A stretch of DNA of 57,072 nt from Candidatus Omnitrophota bacterium (GTDB lineage Bacteria; Omnitrophota; Gorgyraeia; Zapsychrales; Fredricksoniimonadaceae), in NCBI GenBank assembly GCA_016201795.1, contig JACQCF010000022.1, forward strand, positions 1 to 57,072, read 5' to 3'. The notes under the pieces were generated by a model, which had not been told where the DNA came from, did no database searches, and saw only the letters and a list, made by a program, of their open reading frames with translations. Both the position numbers and the translations under genes were made by a program. Each line of letters opens with the position of its first letter. Within the stretch, counting starts at the first letter, position 1. Below, one piece after another: positions 37,640 to 48,615 of the stretch.

Positions 37640-37843
37640 TTAGCGTTCTGCCGCCCATCTTATGTAGGTAAGATAATAAACGATCAAAAACAGACAGTAA
37701 AAAAAGGGAACGGCAATCACGAGTTTAATTGGCCAGGGAAAATGCAGTTTGAGTTTGCTTTTAGCCCGTTTTTCTTTGATTTTATTGTATTCTTCCAAGC
37801 TTAGCTGGCGGGCTTTTTTGGTTTGCGTTGTTGGTGGAGACAT
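37640..37843 (-). CDS. Small basic protein with a C-terminal membrane helix
   Basis: 67-aa ORF from ATG 37843, preceded by an extended -10 element. Confidence 0.6.
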   Translation of the reverse strand: MSPPTTQTKKARQLSLEEYNKIKEKRAKSKLKLHFPWPIKLVIAVPFFYCLFLIVYYLTYIRWAAER

Positions 37844-37849
37844 AGAGGC

Positions 37850-37858
37850 AGTATAACA
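37850..37858 (-). promoter_or_regulatory. Extended -10 element 6 nt before ATG (probable leaderless transcript)
   Basis: Minus strand TG-T-TATACT-gcctct-ATG. Confidence 0.55.
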
Positions 37859-38061
37859 TGGCGTCAAATTTTATCAACGGCTATCAAAGATTATTAATCT
37901 CAGGTTATATTATTATTTCACAAAGAGCATAACTATATGATTCTCAGAAGGTTAAGTAATTTAAAAATTTTTTGTTTTTTGTTGATTTTTATAGCAATGT
38001 TTCTATAATAAAAGTAATTAAAGAATTGGTCATTAATCGTTATTATACAAAGGAACAGCCT

Positions 38062-38394
38062 ATGTCAACCATAGCTGACAAACGTGCGGAACCCCGCCGC
38101 AATTGTTTTGTTCCTATTGAAGGTAAAACGGACTCATCGTTCGACCAAACCCAGACCGTGGACATTAGCCGTCACGGCATAGGTTTTCTCTCTTCTTATC
38201 CGCACAGTATGAATGAAAAAATCGCCATTGAAATTCAGCTCAAAGCCGATACCGATCCGGTGTTGGTCATCGGTATTGTCAAATGGGTGCGTAAACTTTC
38301 TGATTCCGAACAGTACCGGGTGGGGCTTACTTTTAGTGAAGTGTTGTCGGGCTCTCCCACACGGCTGGATCGGTATTTTGAAACCCGCGTGTAA
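38062..38394 (+). CDS. Stand-alone PilZ domain protein
   Basis: RAEPR (RxxxR), DISRHG (DxSxxG), V.WVR, VGLTF; probable start ATG 38062. Confidence 0.85.
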   Translation: MSTIADKRAEPRRNCFVPIEGKTDSSFDQTQTVDISRHGIGFLSSYPHSMNEKIAIEIQLKADTDPVLVIGIVKWVRKLSDSEQYRVGLTFSEVLSGSPTRLDRYFETRV

Positions 38395-38406
38395 TGTTTG
38401 CCTGTT

Positions 38407-38434
38407 TCATCCTGAGCGAGGCCGAGTCGAAGGA
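38407..38434. repeat. Short repeat of the CCTGAGC...GTCGAAGG family
   Basis: tcatcctgagcgaggccgagtcgaagga between the two PilZ genes. Confidence 0.6.
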
Positions 38435-38452
38435 CTACCTTATAAAAAGTCT

Positions 38453-38779
38453 ATGGACACTGAACGCCGCATCTTCGAGCGTTTTTGGGCACGTTTTCCA
38501 GCCAAATTTAAGGACACCCGCGGGGATTTTGGCCGTGACGTGTTTTTAAGGAATGCGTCGGCCTCGGGGGCACATATCGTCACCCGCGATCGAATGTTGT
38601 TGGATGACCGTGTGGCTTTGGAAGTGGAAGTACCCGATGGCGGTTTACCGATGCTTCTTAGCGGCCGGGTGGTCTGGAGCAGACCGGCCCATAACGCCGG
38701 GTGGGATATTGGTTTACGATTTGACCAGATCAATTTTATGAGAATTCAGCGCCTTTTTAAATTTACCCTCGCTTCCTGA
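38453..38779 (+). CDS. Stand-alone PilZ domain protein
   Basis: RRIFER, NASASG, GRVVWS, GLRF; probable start ATG 38453. Confidence 0.85.
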   Translation: MDTERRIFERFWARFPAKFKDTRGDFGRDVFLRNASASGAHIVTRDRMLLDDRVALEVEVPDGGLPMLLSGRVVWSRPAHNAGWDIGLRFDQINFMRIQRLFKFTLAS

Positions 38780-38831
38780 ACTAACGCTTGTCTATTTACT
38801 TATCCCTCATCTTCTGTTATCTTAGGCGACA

Positions 38832-41610
38832 ATGAATTCTAAGACCTTTTATCAATATCACAGCGACGGAGTGACTTTCAGTTCCCCGCAGGCCGCAGGC
38901 ATTAAAATTATTTACGCGCCCCTATGCGGCGCGGATGCCAACGGCATTAAATCCGCCATCAGCCCCTCTTTAAGCGGGGATATCAAAATTGACAAATACC
39001 ATTACCTCACCAAACCCGTCTCGAGGGAAGATTTGCGTTATCCTGTACGGGAATTTTTTGTCTTTATTAAAGGTAAAGGGGGTTTTTTCATTGGCTCAAG
39101 AAAGTACGCCGGATTCAAGCAAGGTGACCATCGGGCCTTTGTGGCATAAGCTGGAACGCACGCACAAGGACGCTGGCATTGAACTGGGCGCAGTGAATTT
39201 TGTGCCTTGCAGCAATGAAACCGTTGAGCTCATGAAGGTGAGTGTCAAAAATATTTCCCGGCGTTCCATCAGATTTACTCCGACGGCAGCCATTCCTATT
39301 TTTGGGCGCTCTTTGGCCAACAAGCATGACCATGAACATGTCACGGCTTTATTAAATCGCCTGGAACAGGTCAAGGACGGCGTGCTCCTCAAACCCACGA
39401 TGGCCTTTAACGAAGAAGGGCATAAGGACGCCAGCACGGTTTATTTTGTTTTTGGCCGTCAGGACAAGACCACGGCTTTGGCGGGGACTTTTCCGACGAC
39501 AGAAAGTTTCTATGGCGAGGGTGGCTCTCTGATGAGTCCTGAGGCGGTTATGAAAAATCTTGAGCCTGCGATCTTGCCCCCATCAGAGCTCCAGGGCAAA
39601 GAAGCCATCGGGGCTTTGCGTTTTAAAGAAATCACCTTAAAGCCGCATACAAGCGCGGATTATATCATCGCCGTTGGTATGGCTTCCCACCATCAGCAGG
39701 CTAAAGATATCTTCAGCCGTTTTGACAGCCTTGAGGCTTTTGAGCGCGCCCTTTCGGCCAACAAGAAGTTCTGGCTGGATAAAATATCATCGATCCAATT
39801 TAGAAGCCACGATGAGGATTTCAACTGCTGGATGCGCTGGGTGACGCTGCAGCCTATTCTTCGTCGGATTTTTGGCTGTTCGTTTTTGCCGGATCATGAT
39901 TACGGCAAAGGCGGCAAAGGCTGGCGGGATCTCTGGCAGGATTTGCTTTCTTTAATTCTCATTGAACCGCATCTGGTGCAGGAACATCTGCTCAACAATT
40001 GCGCCGGCATTCGCATCGACGGTAGCAACGCCACCATTATCGGCACCAGGCCCACAGAATTTATGGCGGATCGCAATGCTATCACCCGCGTATGGATGGA
40101 TCACGGCGCCTGGCCTCTGTTAACGGTTTTGCTTTACATCGACCAGACCGGCGATTTCGATCTTCTACTACAGAAGCAGACTTATTTTAAAGACCCGCAG
40201 CTCTCCCGCACCATGGATAAGGACCTGGGATGGATCAGTCAGTACGGCAATCATCTGTTGGATAAAAAAGGCCAAGTCTATGAAGGCACACTCCTCGAGC
40301 ATCTTCTGGTGCAGAATCTGGTGCAATTTTTTAATGTGGGCGAGCATAATATCACCCGTCTGGAAAGCGCCGACTGGAATGACGGGCTGGATATGGCTTT
40401 TGCCCGCGGCGAGAGCGTGGCGTTTATGTCCTTTTACGGCGGCAATCTTTTGAAGCTGGCGGATTTGATGGAGACTTTAGGCAAACTGAAAGGGCAAACC
40501 ACCATCCGTTTGGCCAAAGAGCTTTTGATTTTGCTGGATACCTTAAACGCTGGGCCAGTCAATTACGATCACGCCAAAGACAAACGTGATCATCTTTTCG
40601 GTAAATATTTTCATAGCGTCCAGCCGGTTTTAAGCGGGGAGGTGGTGGAGGCGGCTATCAGCGAGGTGGCTCGCGATTTGCGCCAGAAAGGCCACTGGAT
40701 GTTCGGTCAAATCCGCCATCAGGAAAAAATCACCGTCGAGCATGACGGCCAAAAATATCAATGGTTTAACGGCTACTATGACAATAAAGGCGAACGCGTC
40801 GATGGTATCAAGGACAATGTGGTGCGCATGACCTTGACCGGCCAGGTCTTTGCCCTCATGAGCGGCATGGCCGATTCCAAAGAAATCGAAACCGTGATTA
40901 TAAGCGTCGATCATTTTTTAAAAGACAAGAAGCTCGGCGGCTATCGGCTCAATACGGATTTTGGGCTCAAGCATTATTTGGATTTAGGCCGCGCGTTTAG
41001 TTTTGCTTTCGGTACCAAGGAAAACGGTGCGTTTTTTAATCACATGACGGTTATGTACGCTTACGCGCTCTACACGCGCGGCTTTGGCCGTCAGGGTTAT
41101 GAAGTTTTACAGTCGATTTACCGCATGGCCCTCGATACTTGGCGCAGTAAAATTTATCCCGGGATTCCGGAATATTTCGACTCCGATGGGCGCGGGATGT
41201 ATCATTATTTGACCGGCTCCGCCAGCTGGCTGGTGTTAACCGGACTGACTCAAGCCTTTGGCGTACGCGGTCTAGACGGTGATTTGCTGTTAGCCCCGCA
41301 GTTAGTCAAAGAAGAATTCAATAGCAAAGCCCTTGCCAGTGTCATCTGTCCGTTTGCCGGGCGGCGCGTGACGGTGGAATATCATAATCCCAAAAAACTT
41401 GATGCCGGCCAGTACAGCATACAGCAAGTAAGTCTTAACGGGTGTCCGATCGTCGGTAAATTGCTTAACAAAGCCTCTGTCAAAATTGAACGCTCCTTGA
41501 TTACCGCCACCCCAGAGGCGCACATCCGCGTGGTGCTGGATGCTTACAAAGTCAATCCCGCCAAAGGCAGAACTCAAGATAAGATGGACCTCGTCATGGT
41601 GGGAGGTTAA
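38832..41610 (+). pseudogene. GH94-like glycoside phosphorylase interrupted by a single frameshift near 39078-39088
   Basis: ORF 38832 and ORF 38989 join across G5T6; RDLWQD, DHG.WP, ADWNDGLD, ENG..F.H, YLTGSASW motifs; real pseudogene, slippage or assembly error cannot be told apart. Confidence 0.7.
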
Positions 41611-41620
41611 AGGATAAACC

Positions 41621-42697
41621 ATGGAAATAGGCATTGTGGGACTGCCCAATGTGGGTAAATCATCGCTGTTTAACGCCTTAACAGGCGCGGGGGTCGCGGC
41701 GGAAAATTTTCCCTTCACCACCATTGAGCCCAATATTGGTGTTGTTCCTTTGCCCGATGAGCGTTTAAACCGTCTGGCGAAGGAATGGGATTCCGCCAAG
41801 ATGACGCCGGCAGGCATTCGTTTTGTGGATATTGCCGGTATTGTCAAAGGTGCCAGCGAAGGCCAGGGGCTGGGCAATAAATTCCTTTCGCATATCCGTT
41901 CGGTGGATGCCATTGCGCATGTGGTGCGCTGTTTTAAGGATGATAATGTCGTCAATGTGATGAATGACTTGAATCCTCAGTCGGCGGTTGATATTATTGA
42001 AACCGAGCTTTTGCTCGCCGATATTCAGCAATGCCAAAAGGCGTTGGATCGTTGGTCCAAGCCTGCCAAAGGCGGAGATAAAGAAGCGATGGCCAAATGC
42101 AATATCCTCAATGATGCGATGAAAGCATTTAATGAGGGGATGGCGGCCCGCCGTTTCAAAGACGTGGACACAGCTTGGCTCAATGAATTTCAGTTTTTAA
42201 CCGCCAAACCGTTATTGTATGTGGCTAATACCGACGAGAGTAATGTAGACGAGGCCCTGTTAAACCCTTTGCGGGAGCGGGCGGCCAAAGAAGGCGCGGC
42301 GCTGGTGAGTTTGTGCACTAAACTTGAGGCGGAAATTGTGCAATTACCAGCCCAGGAGCGCGCGGCCTATTATGAAGCGGCGGGTATTGCCTTGCCGGGG
42401 TTGAGCCGTTTGGCGCAGGCAGGCAAAGCATTATTGCAGTTAGTTTGTTTTTTTACCGCAGGGCCGCAGGAGACGCGCGCGTGGCTTATTCCTCAAGGCA
42501 CCCCGGCGTTAAAAGCCGCCGGTAAAATTCATACGGACATTGAACGCGGGTTTATCCGTGCGGAAATTTATCGTTTTGTTGATTTAGAAAAATTAGGCAG
42601 CTATAAGGCCGTCCAAGGAAAAAACCTCGTCACCCTGGAAGGAAAAGAATACGTGATTAAAGACGGAGATGTGGCGTATTTCAGATTCAGCGTGTAG
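41621..42697 (+). CDS. ychF: Ribosome-binding ATPase YchF
   Basis: GIVGLPNVGKS, FTTIEPN, DIAG, GEGLGN-like GQGLGNKFL, AGKIHTD, EGKEY. Confidence 0.96.
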   Translation: MEIGIVGLPNVGKSSLFNALTGAGVAAENFPFTTIEPNIGVVPLPDERLNRLAKEWDSAKMTPAGIRFVDIAGIVKGASEGQGLGNKFLSHIRSVDAIAHVVRCFKDDNVVNVMNDLNPQSAVDIIETELLLADIQQCQKALDRWSKPAKGGDKEAMAKCNILNDAMKAFNEGMAARRFKDVDTAWLNEFQFLTAKPLLYVANTDESNVDEALLNPLRERAAKEGAALVSLCTKLEAEIVQLPAQERAAYYEAAGIALPGLSRLAQAGKALLQLVCFFTAGPQETRAWLIPQGTPALKAAGKIHTDIERGFIRAEIYRFVDLEKLGSYKAVQGKNLVTLEGKEYVIKDGDVAYFRFSV

Positions 42698-42700
42698 TTG

Positions 42701-42816
42701 GTGTCATTGCGAACACAGACATAGTGTCATTACGAGGAACGAAGTGACGAAGTAATCTTTTTAACATATCAAAAGATTGCTTCGCTTAAAACGAACAGCG
42801 ACGCTCGCAATGACAC
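42701..42816. repeat. Palindromic MITE/RPE-like element, copy 2 (intergenic, duplicated left end)
   Basis: gtgtcattgcgaa (42701) and gtgtcattacgag (42724), inner gaagtaatc/gattgcttc, right end tcgcaatgacac. Confidence 0.88.
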
Positions 42817-42825
42817 AAATATACT

Positions 42826-43959
42826 ATGATAGATCTACTACTCAAACAACTCAATGATCTCGAAGAGAGACTAAATACCCTTAAAGGTTACCTTGACCTT
42901 TCTGCCAGGGAAAAGGCCATTGCCGACATTCAAGCGCAAATGGCCCAGCCAGGGTTCTGGGATGGTCAGGAACTCTCCCATAAACTTATGCAGGAGCTTA
43001 AAGGTTTAAAAAATATCGTCGAGCCTTGCCGTGATTGCACCAGGCGCATCGCGGAATCAAAAGAGTTTGTCTCTTTAGCCGAAGGGGATGAAAGCATACA
43101 GGCGCAACTGGAAGAAGAGATCAAAGCGTTAACGGGTACCATCGATCAGCTGGAATTGCAGGCGATGTTATCCGGCCCCTTTGATAAGAATAACGCGCTT
43201 TTAAGTATCAATGCCGGCGCCGGCGGCACCGAAAGCTGCGACTGGGCCAATATGCTCATGCGTATGTACGCTCGTTTTGCGGATGAAAAAGGTTATGCCT
43301 GCGAGATCATCGATATCTTGCCCGGCGATGAGGCCGGTATCAAAAATGTCACCCTGCGTATTGCCGGCGATAAGGCTTACGGTTATTTAAAATCCGAAAA
43401 AGGGGTGCACCGGCTGGTGCGCATTTCTCCTTTTGATGCCAATAAGCGCCGTCATACGTCCTTTGCCTCCGTCGAGCTTATCCCCGAGATCGAAGACGAT
43501 ACACCACTGGACATTGACCCCGGCGGGCTGCGCATTGATGTTTACCGCGCCTCCGGCCCCGGCGGGCAGGGAGTCAACACCACGGATTCCGCCGTGCGCA
43601 TCACGCATTTACCGACGGGTATCGTGGTACAATGCCAGAACCAGCGCTCGCAATTGCAAAATAAAGCGCAGGCCATGCGTGTGTTACGTGCTAAACTATA
43701 TGAACTCAAAGCAAGACAGCAGGAAGAAAAATTAAACAAAGAAGCCGGGGATAAACAAAAAATCGAATGGGGCAGTCAAATCCGTTCCTACGTGCTGCAT
43801 CCGTATTTGATGGTTAAAGATCACCGTACGGGAGTGGAAACCGGCAATGCCCAAAAAGTCTTAGACGGCGATATTGATATGTTTATTCAAGGATACCTCA
43901 AAACTAAACCCCAAGAGCGGGATAAGCGTTTAAAAAATCGAGGTCAGGACGATGTTTGA
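42826..43959 (+). CDS. prfB: Peptide chain release factor 2
   Basis: [13 protein letters not shown] tripeptide, [14 protein letters not shown]; continuous reading frame. Confidence 0.96.
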   Translation: MIDLLLKQLNDLEERLNTLKGYLDLSAREKAIADIQAQMAQPGFWDGQELSHKLMQELKGLKNIVEPCRDCTRRIAESKEFVSLAEGDESIQAQLEEEIKALTGTIDQLELQAMLSGPFDKNNALLSINAGAGGTESCDWANMLMRMYARFADEKGYACEIIDILPGDEAGIKNVTLRIAGDKAYGYLKSEKGVHRLVRISPFDANKRRHTSFASVELIPEIEDDTPLDIDPGGLRIDVYRASGPGGQGVNTTDSAVRITHLPTGIVVQCQNQRSQLQNKAQAMRVLRAKLYELKARQQEEKLNKEAGDKQKIEWGSQIRSYVLHPYLMVKDHRTGVETGNAQKVLDGDIDMFIQGYLKTKPQERDKRLKNRGQDDV

Positions 43960-46900
43960 CTTTCTTTTGCGTAATTCCGCCGTAAGCTCAGCGCAAAGTT
44001 TTATTGACCGGCTGAAGCCCAAAGTGCAGATTAACATTCATCCGGAGGCGCCGCTTCCTTCCATCGGGCTGGTCAAAAAATTGGCTCTTCGCGCTGCGGC
44101 AATTTGCGCTTTAGAAGGACAGATCAGCAGTCTTTCCGACGATCAGCTCAAAGCCAAAACCGCGCAGTTTAAAGCCGTCATCGATAAAGCCATTGCCTTT
44201 AAAAAAAGTGAGTATGAAAAAGAGCTGGGTAACTATCGCTCGGCATCCTCTGCCCAGGAACGCGAAAACAGCGCTCTGGAAATTAAACGTTTGGGCAAAG
44301 AGCTTTTTGAGGCTAAACGAAAAGCTCTCGATGAAATTTTAAACGAAGCCTTTGGGGTTGTGCGCGAGACGGGCAAAAGAACTCTTAACATGCGCCATTT
44401 CGATGGACAGTTGGTCGGCGGTATGATTTTGCATCAGGGCGGTATCGCGGAAATGACCACCGGTGAAGGCAAAACTTTGGTCGCCACCCTGCCGGCGTAT
44501 CTGAATGCCTTAACGGGCGACGGTGTGCATGTCATTACCGTCAACGATTATTTGGCCAACCGCGATCGTCACTGGATGGGGCCGATTTATGAATTCTTAG
44601 GACTTACCGTCGGATGCATCCAGCACGACGTAGGTCCTCGTGAACGCCAGGCGGCGTATGGGGCTGACATCACGTACGGCACCAACAATGAATTCGGGTT
44701 CGATTATCTGCGCGATAACATGGTCTCTTTAAAAGAAGAGATGGTGCAGCGCGGCCATCATTTTGCCATCGTTGACGAAGTTGACAGTATTCTCGTTGAC
44801 GAAGCCCGTACCCCTTTGATTATTTCAGGTCCGGCGGAAGAATCGACGGACAAATATTACAAAGCCTATCAAATTTCTAGAGAACTCAAAGGACGACGGG
44901 TCACCGAGGCCCAGGAAATCGAAGCCAAACATCGCCAAGAAAATTTAGGCGAAGGTTATGATTATCTGGCGGATGAAAAGGCCAAGTCCATTTCTCTGAC
45001 GGAATCCGGCGAGGAAAAAGCGTCGGGCATGTTCGGAGTGGCGCATTTGCATGATATCGAAACGGCTGAATACCGTCATCATGTCCTGTGCGCTTTGCGC
45101 GCCAAAGAATTTTTCAAGAGGGATGTGGACTACGTGGTCAAAGACGGCAAGGTTATTATCGTAGATGAATTCACCGGACGCATGATGCCCGGCCGGCGCT
45201 GGTCGGACGGTTTGCATCAGGCGGTGGAGGCCAAAGAAGGCATTAAAATCGAGCGTGAGAACCAGACACTGGCCACCATCACTTTCCAGAATTATTTTCG
45301 CATGTACAACAAGCTCGCCGGGATGACCGGTACCGCCTACACCGAGGCTAATGAATTCAAACAAATTTATAATCTCGACTGCGCGGTGGTTCCCACCAAC
45401 CAGCCGCTGATTCGCAAAAATTATCCCGACTGCATTTATAAAACCGCAGGGGAGAAATACAATGCCGTGGTGGCTGAAATTACCGATTGCCATACACGCG
45501 GTCAGCCGGTTTTGGTCGGTACTATCTCTATTGAAAAATCCGAACTTATATCGTCGCTGTTAAAGCAAAAAGGTATCCCGCATCAGGTCCTGAACGCCAA
45601 ATTCCATGAAATGGAAGCACATATCATTACCCAGGCCGGCCGTTTTAAAGCGGTGACCATTGCTACCAACATGGCGGGGCGCGGTACGGACATTGTTTTA
45701 GGGGGCAACGCCCAGTATTTAGCCAGAGCTTTGGTTTTGGAGAGAAACAAAGACGCTACGGTCGAAGAACGCGAGGAATTGGTTAAAACCTTTATCGATC
45801 AGTTTCGCCAGCAGACCAAAAAGGAACACGATCAGGTCATTGCGGTCGGCGGTTTGCGGGTCATCGGTACCGAGCGGCATGAATCGCGGCGTATCGATAA
45901 TCAGTTGCGCGGACGCTGCGGCCGTCAGGGAGATCCCGGTGAGTCGCGCTTCTATGTCTCTTTACAGGACGATCTCATGCGGCTTTTTGCCTCGGACCGC
46001 ATCATGTTTGTCATGAACAAACTCGGCATGGAAGAAGGCCAGGTCATTGAATCGCGCATGGTCACGGGGGCGCTGGAGGTGGCGCAGAAGCGCGTGGAAA
46101 ATTACAACTTTGAAATCCGCAAACAATTGCTCGACTATGACAACGTGATGAACAAACAGCGCGAGGTCATTTACAGCCTGCGCCGTTCCATCCTCGAGGG
46201 AGAAAACCTTAAAGATATCGTGCAGGATGCGGTTTTAGCGTATGGGGATGAAATCATTGACGCGCATTTTGCCTTGGCTAAGGAGGGCAACGCTTCTTTC
46301 GATACTCTGGCCGTGGAGTTTTTATCTAAATTCAGTTTGGACTTAAATCCCGTCAAAGAGCAACTGAAAGATTTAACGGCCGCGGAGGTTAAATCCATCG
46401 TCGCTGACCAGTTGATGAAAGCTTATGAGATCAAGGAAGTCCGGATGACGCCGGAGCTTTTGCGCCGCATGGAGCGCATGGTGCTGCTGCATACTATAGA
46501 CAGCAAATGGAAAGATCATTTGTATGTCATGGATCAGGTCAAAGACGGTATCGGCCTGCGCGCGCTGGGACAGAGAGACCCTCTGGTGGAATACAAAAAG
46601 GAAGGGTTTGCTCTTTTTAAAATTATGTACACCAGTATCAATCAGGAGATGGCTTCCCTGATGTTTAAGCTTGAGCCTATGACGCAGCCCCAGAGGCCCC
46701 GTTCGGTCTTTAGCAGTATTCCTCAGCAGGAAGTGCATCAGGAGTTTTCCGGCCCCGTCTTTGGCGGTGCAGGCCTACCTGCCGGACAGGCAGGCATTCA
46801 AACCCCTTTGGGAAGCCCAGAACAAAGCCCCGTGTTTGCGTCGAGGGAGCCATTGCAGCCAAGCGTTCAGGCATCTAAGGTGGTACCTTTAGCGTCGGTG

Positions 46901-46981
46901 CGCAGCGGTCCCAAAGTCGGCCGCAACGATCCCTGCCCCTGCGGCAGCGGCAAGAAGTTCAAAAAATGTTGTGGTCAATAG
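43952..46981 (+). CDS. secA: Preprotein translocase subunit SecA
   Basis: [39 protein letters not shown]-terminal [18 protein letters not shown]. Confidence 0.97.
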   Translation: MFDFLLRNSAVSSAQSFIDRLKPKVQINIHPEAPLPSIGLVKKLALRAAAICALEGQISSLSDDQLKAKTAQFKAVIDKAIAFKKSEYEKELGNYRSASSAQERENSALEIKRLGKELFEAKRKALDEILNEAFGVVRETGKRTLNMRHFDGQLVGGMILHQGGIAEMTTGEGKTLVATLPAYLNALTGDGVHVITVNDYLANRDRHWMGPIYEFLGLTVGCIQHDVGPRERQAAYGADITYGTNNEFGFDYLRDNMVSLKEEMVQRGHHFAIVDEVDSILVDEARTPLIISGPAEESTDKYYKAYQISRELKGRRVTEAQEIEAKHRQENLGEGYDYLADEKAKSISLTESGEEKASGMFGVAHLHDIETAEYRHHVLCALRAKEFFKRDVDYVVKDGKVIIVDEFTGRMMPGRRWSDGLHQAVEAKEGIKIERENQTLATITFQNYFRMYNKLAGMTGTAYTEANEFKQIYNLDCAVVPTNQPLIRKNYPDCIYKTAGEKYNAVVAEITDCHTRGQPVLVGTISIEKSELISSLLKQKGIPHQVLNAKFHEMEAHIITQAGRFKAVTIATNMAGRGTDIVLGGNAQYLARALVLERNKDATVEEREELVKTFIDQFRQQTKKEHDQVIAVGGLRVIGTERHESRRIDNQLRGRCGRQGDPGESRFYVSLQDDLMRLFASDRIMFVMNKLGMEEGQVIESRMVTGALEVAQKRVENYNFEIRKQLLDYDNVMNKQREVIYSLRRSILEGENLKDIVQDAVLAYGDEIIDAHFALAKEGNASFDTLAVEFLSKFSLDLNPVKEQLKDLTAAEVKSIVADQLMKAYEIKEVRMTPELLRRMERMVLLHTIDSKWKDHLYVMDQVKDGIGLRALGQRDPLVEYKKEGFALFKIMYTSINQEMASLMFKLEPMTQPQRPRSVFSSIPQQEVHQEFSGPVFGGAGLPAGQAGIQTPLGSPEQSPVFASREPLQPSVQASKVVPLASVRSGPKVGRNDPCPCGSGKKFKKCCGQ
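46769..46795. repeat. Micro-palindrome flanked by 6-bp direct repeats inside secA
   Basis: gcaggc-ctacctgccggacag-gcaggc, period 21 nt, in frame (AGLPAGQAG); variant of the glmS palindrome. Confidence 0.75.
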
Positions 46982-47125
46982 CCAGTCTCATTAATTTACT
47001 TCCAATTCCCCTTGATTAAACGTTCATTTCTGCTATTTTTAAGATAAAAGTTAAAGCTTGATTTATATAAAGAACAGTTTAATAATTTTAATTGGAAAAC
47101 CAGTATAACTATCAGGGTTCGATCC

Positions 47126-47971
47126 ATGGGTTATTACAAGCTTTTGGGATTAGACAAAGAACCGTTCTCGACCAGTCCGGATCCGGAATTTTTTTATCAA
47201 TCCAAAGAACATCGAGCCGCCCTTTACCGCCTGAGAGTCGCCGTTGATTTAAAACGGGGCTTAAGCCTTGTTTTAGGGGATGTGGGCACAGGCAAAACAA
47301 CCTTAAGCCGCAAATTATCCCAATTGTTGATGCAGGAGCAGGATTTGATCATGGCGGTGATACTCAACCCGGTGTATGAATCCGAGGCGCAATTTTTGGC
47401 GGATTTAATGGAGAGATTCCACATTCCTTTTCACGGCGAAGGCACAGCAGCGGCGAGCGTTTTGGATTATATGAAAGTCATTGAGAAATTTCTTTTCGAA
47501 AAAGGGGTGGAGGAAAATAAAACCATCGTGCTTTTGATAGACGAATCCCAAAAAATGACTGTCGGCTGCCTGGAGGTGCTGCGCTCTTTGTTGAATTATG
47601 AAACCAATGAATACAAAATCTTACAGTTGATTTTGATGGCCCAGAAAGAACTGCTTCCGCGTATCAGCCAGATTAAAAATCTTTGGGATAGAATCGCTTT
47701 GAAATATGTCCTCAATCCCCTGGAAGAAAATGAAGTGAAAGATTTGATCACCTTCCGCCTCACCCAGGCCGGGTATGTGTCTCGCAGCCCTTTGTTTAGC
47801 GACAGCGCGATACGCACCATTTATAACCGCACGCAGGGGTATCCCAGAAAAATCGCCATGCTCTGCCACGATGCTCTGGAATATCTGGTGATGTATAAAA
47901 GACAAATGGTGGACAAAGAGGTGATACAGGCGTTAATTCAGAAGGAAATTCAACCGACGGTTTTGATATGA
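47126..47971 (+). CDS. ExeA/GspA-like AAA ATPase
   Basis: L..EPFS.SPDP.FFY, GDVGTGKTT, LLIDE, G.PR.I; no peptidoglycan-binding tail. Confidence 0.88.
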   Translation: MGYYKLLGLDKEPFSTSPDPEFFYQSKEHRAALYRLRVAVDLKRGLSLVLGDVGTGKTTLSRKLSQLLMQEQDLIMAVILNPVYESEAQFLADLMERFHIPFHGEGTAAASVLDYMKVIEKFLFEKGVEENKTIVLLIDESQKMTVGCLEVLRSLLNYETNEYKILQLILMAQKELLPRISQIKNLWDRIALKYVLNPLEENEVKDLITFRLTQAGYVSRSPLFSDSAIRTIYNRTQGYPRKIAMLCHDALEYLVMYKRQMVDKEVIQALIQKEIQPTVLI

Positions 47972-48615
47972 TTTCCCCCGAAGAAAGGTTATTTGATGCC
48001 ATTCAGGAAGGCAAGAAATACCCTGCGGGGAAAAAAATAAATCCTGCGCAGGGCTTAAAGAGTTTTTTAGAGGGCTTGACCTTCAAGTGGCGGCCAAGTG
48101 ATTTGGCCGCGGGCGGGCAGAGGATCAATCTGGCAGCCGTCACTAAAATTCTTTTTATTATTTTGGTCGCGCTTATAATGCTGGTATTTTATAATGTTAC
48201 CAGACAGAGGCCGAGTTTATCAAAATTAACTGCTGGCGTTTCTACGGGTGGCGCTCAGTTGCCCGGCCCTAAACCCATCGAGGAGTTTAATCCGGTGACC
48301 GTTTATTTAGACGAGGCAAAAAAAAGAGATCTCTTTCATCCGATTCCGCCTCCTGCACCGCCTACGCCGGTGGTGTCCCTTAAGGAGAAAGTCAAGCCGG
48401 CGGCGACTGCGGTTGACCTTCGCGCGCTCATCAAAAATTTAACTTTGTCCGGTATCTATCAGGGTCAGGATGTTGAGGTGATGGTTGAGGATAAAACCAC
48501 CAAGAAAACATATTTTTTAAAACAGGGGGATGAAGTCAAGGGAATGAAAGTCAAGGCCATCCTCAAAGACAGAGTCATCCTGCAGTTAGGCACACAGGAA
48601 ATCGAGCTTTTATGA
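47968..48615 (+). CDS. GspC/PilP-like inner-membrane assembly protein
   Basis: Single TM, Pro-rich linker, RDLF, L.L.GI.....VMVED......FLKQGD.V.G..V..I. Confidence 0.65.
   Translation: MISPEERLFDAIQEGKKYPAGKKINPAQGLKSFLEGLTFKWRPSDLAAGGQRINLAAVTKILFIILVALIMLVFYNVTRQRPSLSKLTAGVSTGGAQLPGPKPIEEFNPVTVYLDEAKKRDLFHPIPPPAPPTPVVSLKEKVKPAATAVDLRALIKNLTLSGIYQGQDVEVMVEDKTTKKTYFLKQGDEVKGMKVKAILKDRVILQLGTQEIELL

Noticed and set aside
39078-39088. Programmed -1 frameshift at G_GGT_TTT in the phosphorylase gene
   Set aside because: The downstream ORF is in the +1 frame, so a -1 slip would not reach it
48090-48110. 8-bp hairpin gcggccaa/ttggccgc in the GspC-like gene
   Set aside because: Single occurrence, no direct repeats, no match to the other families
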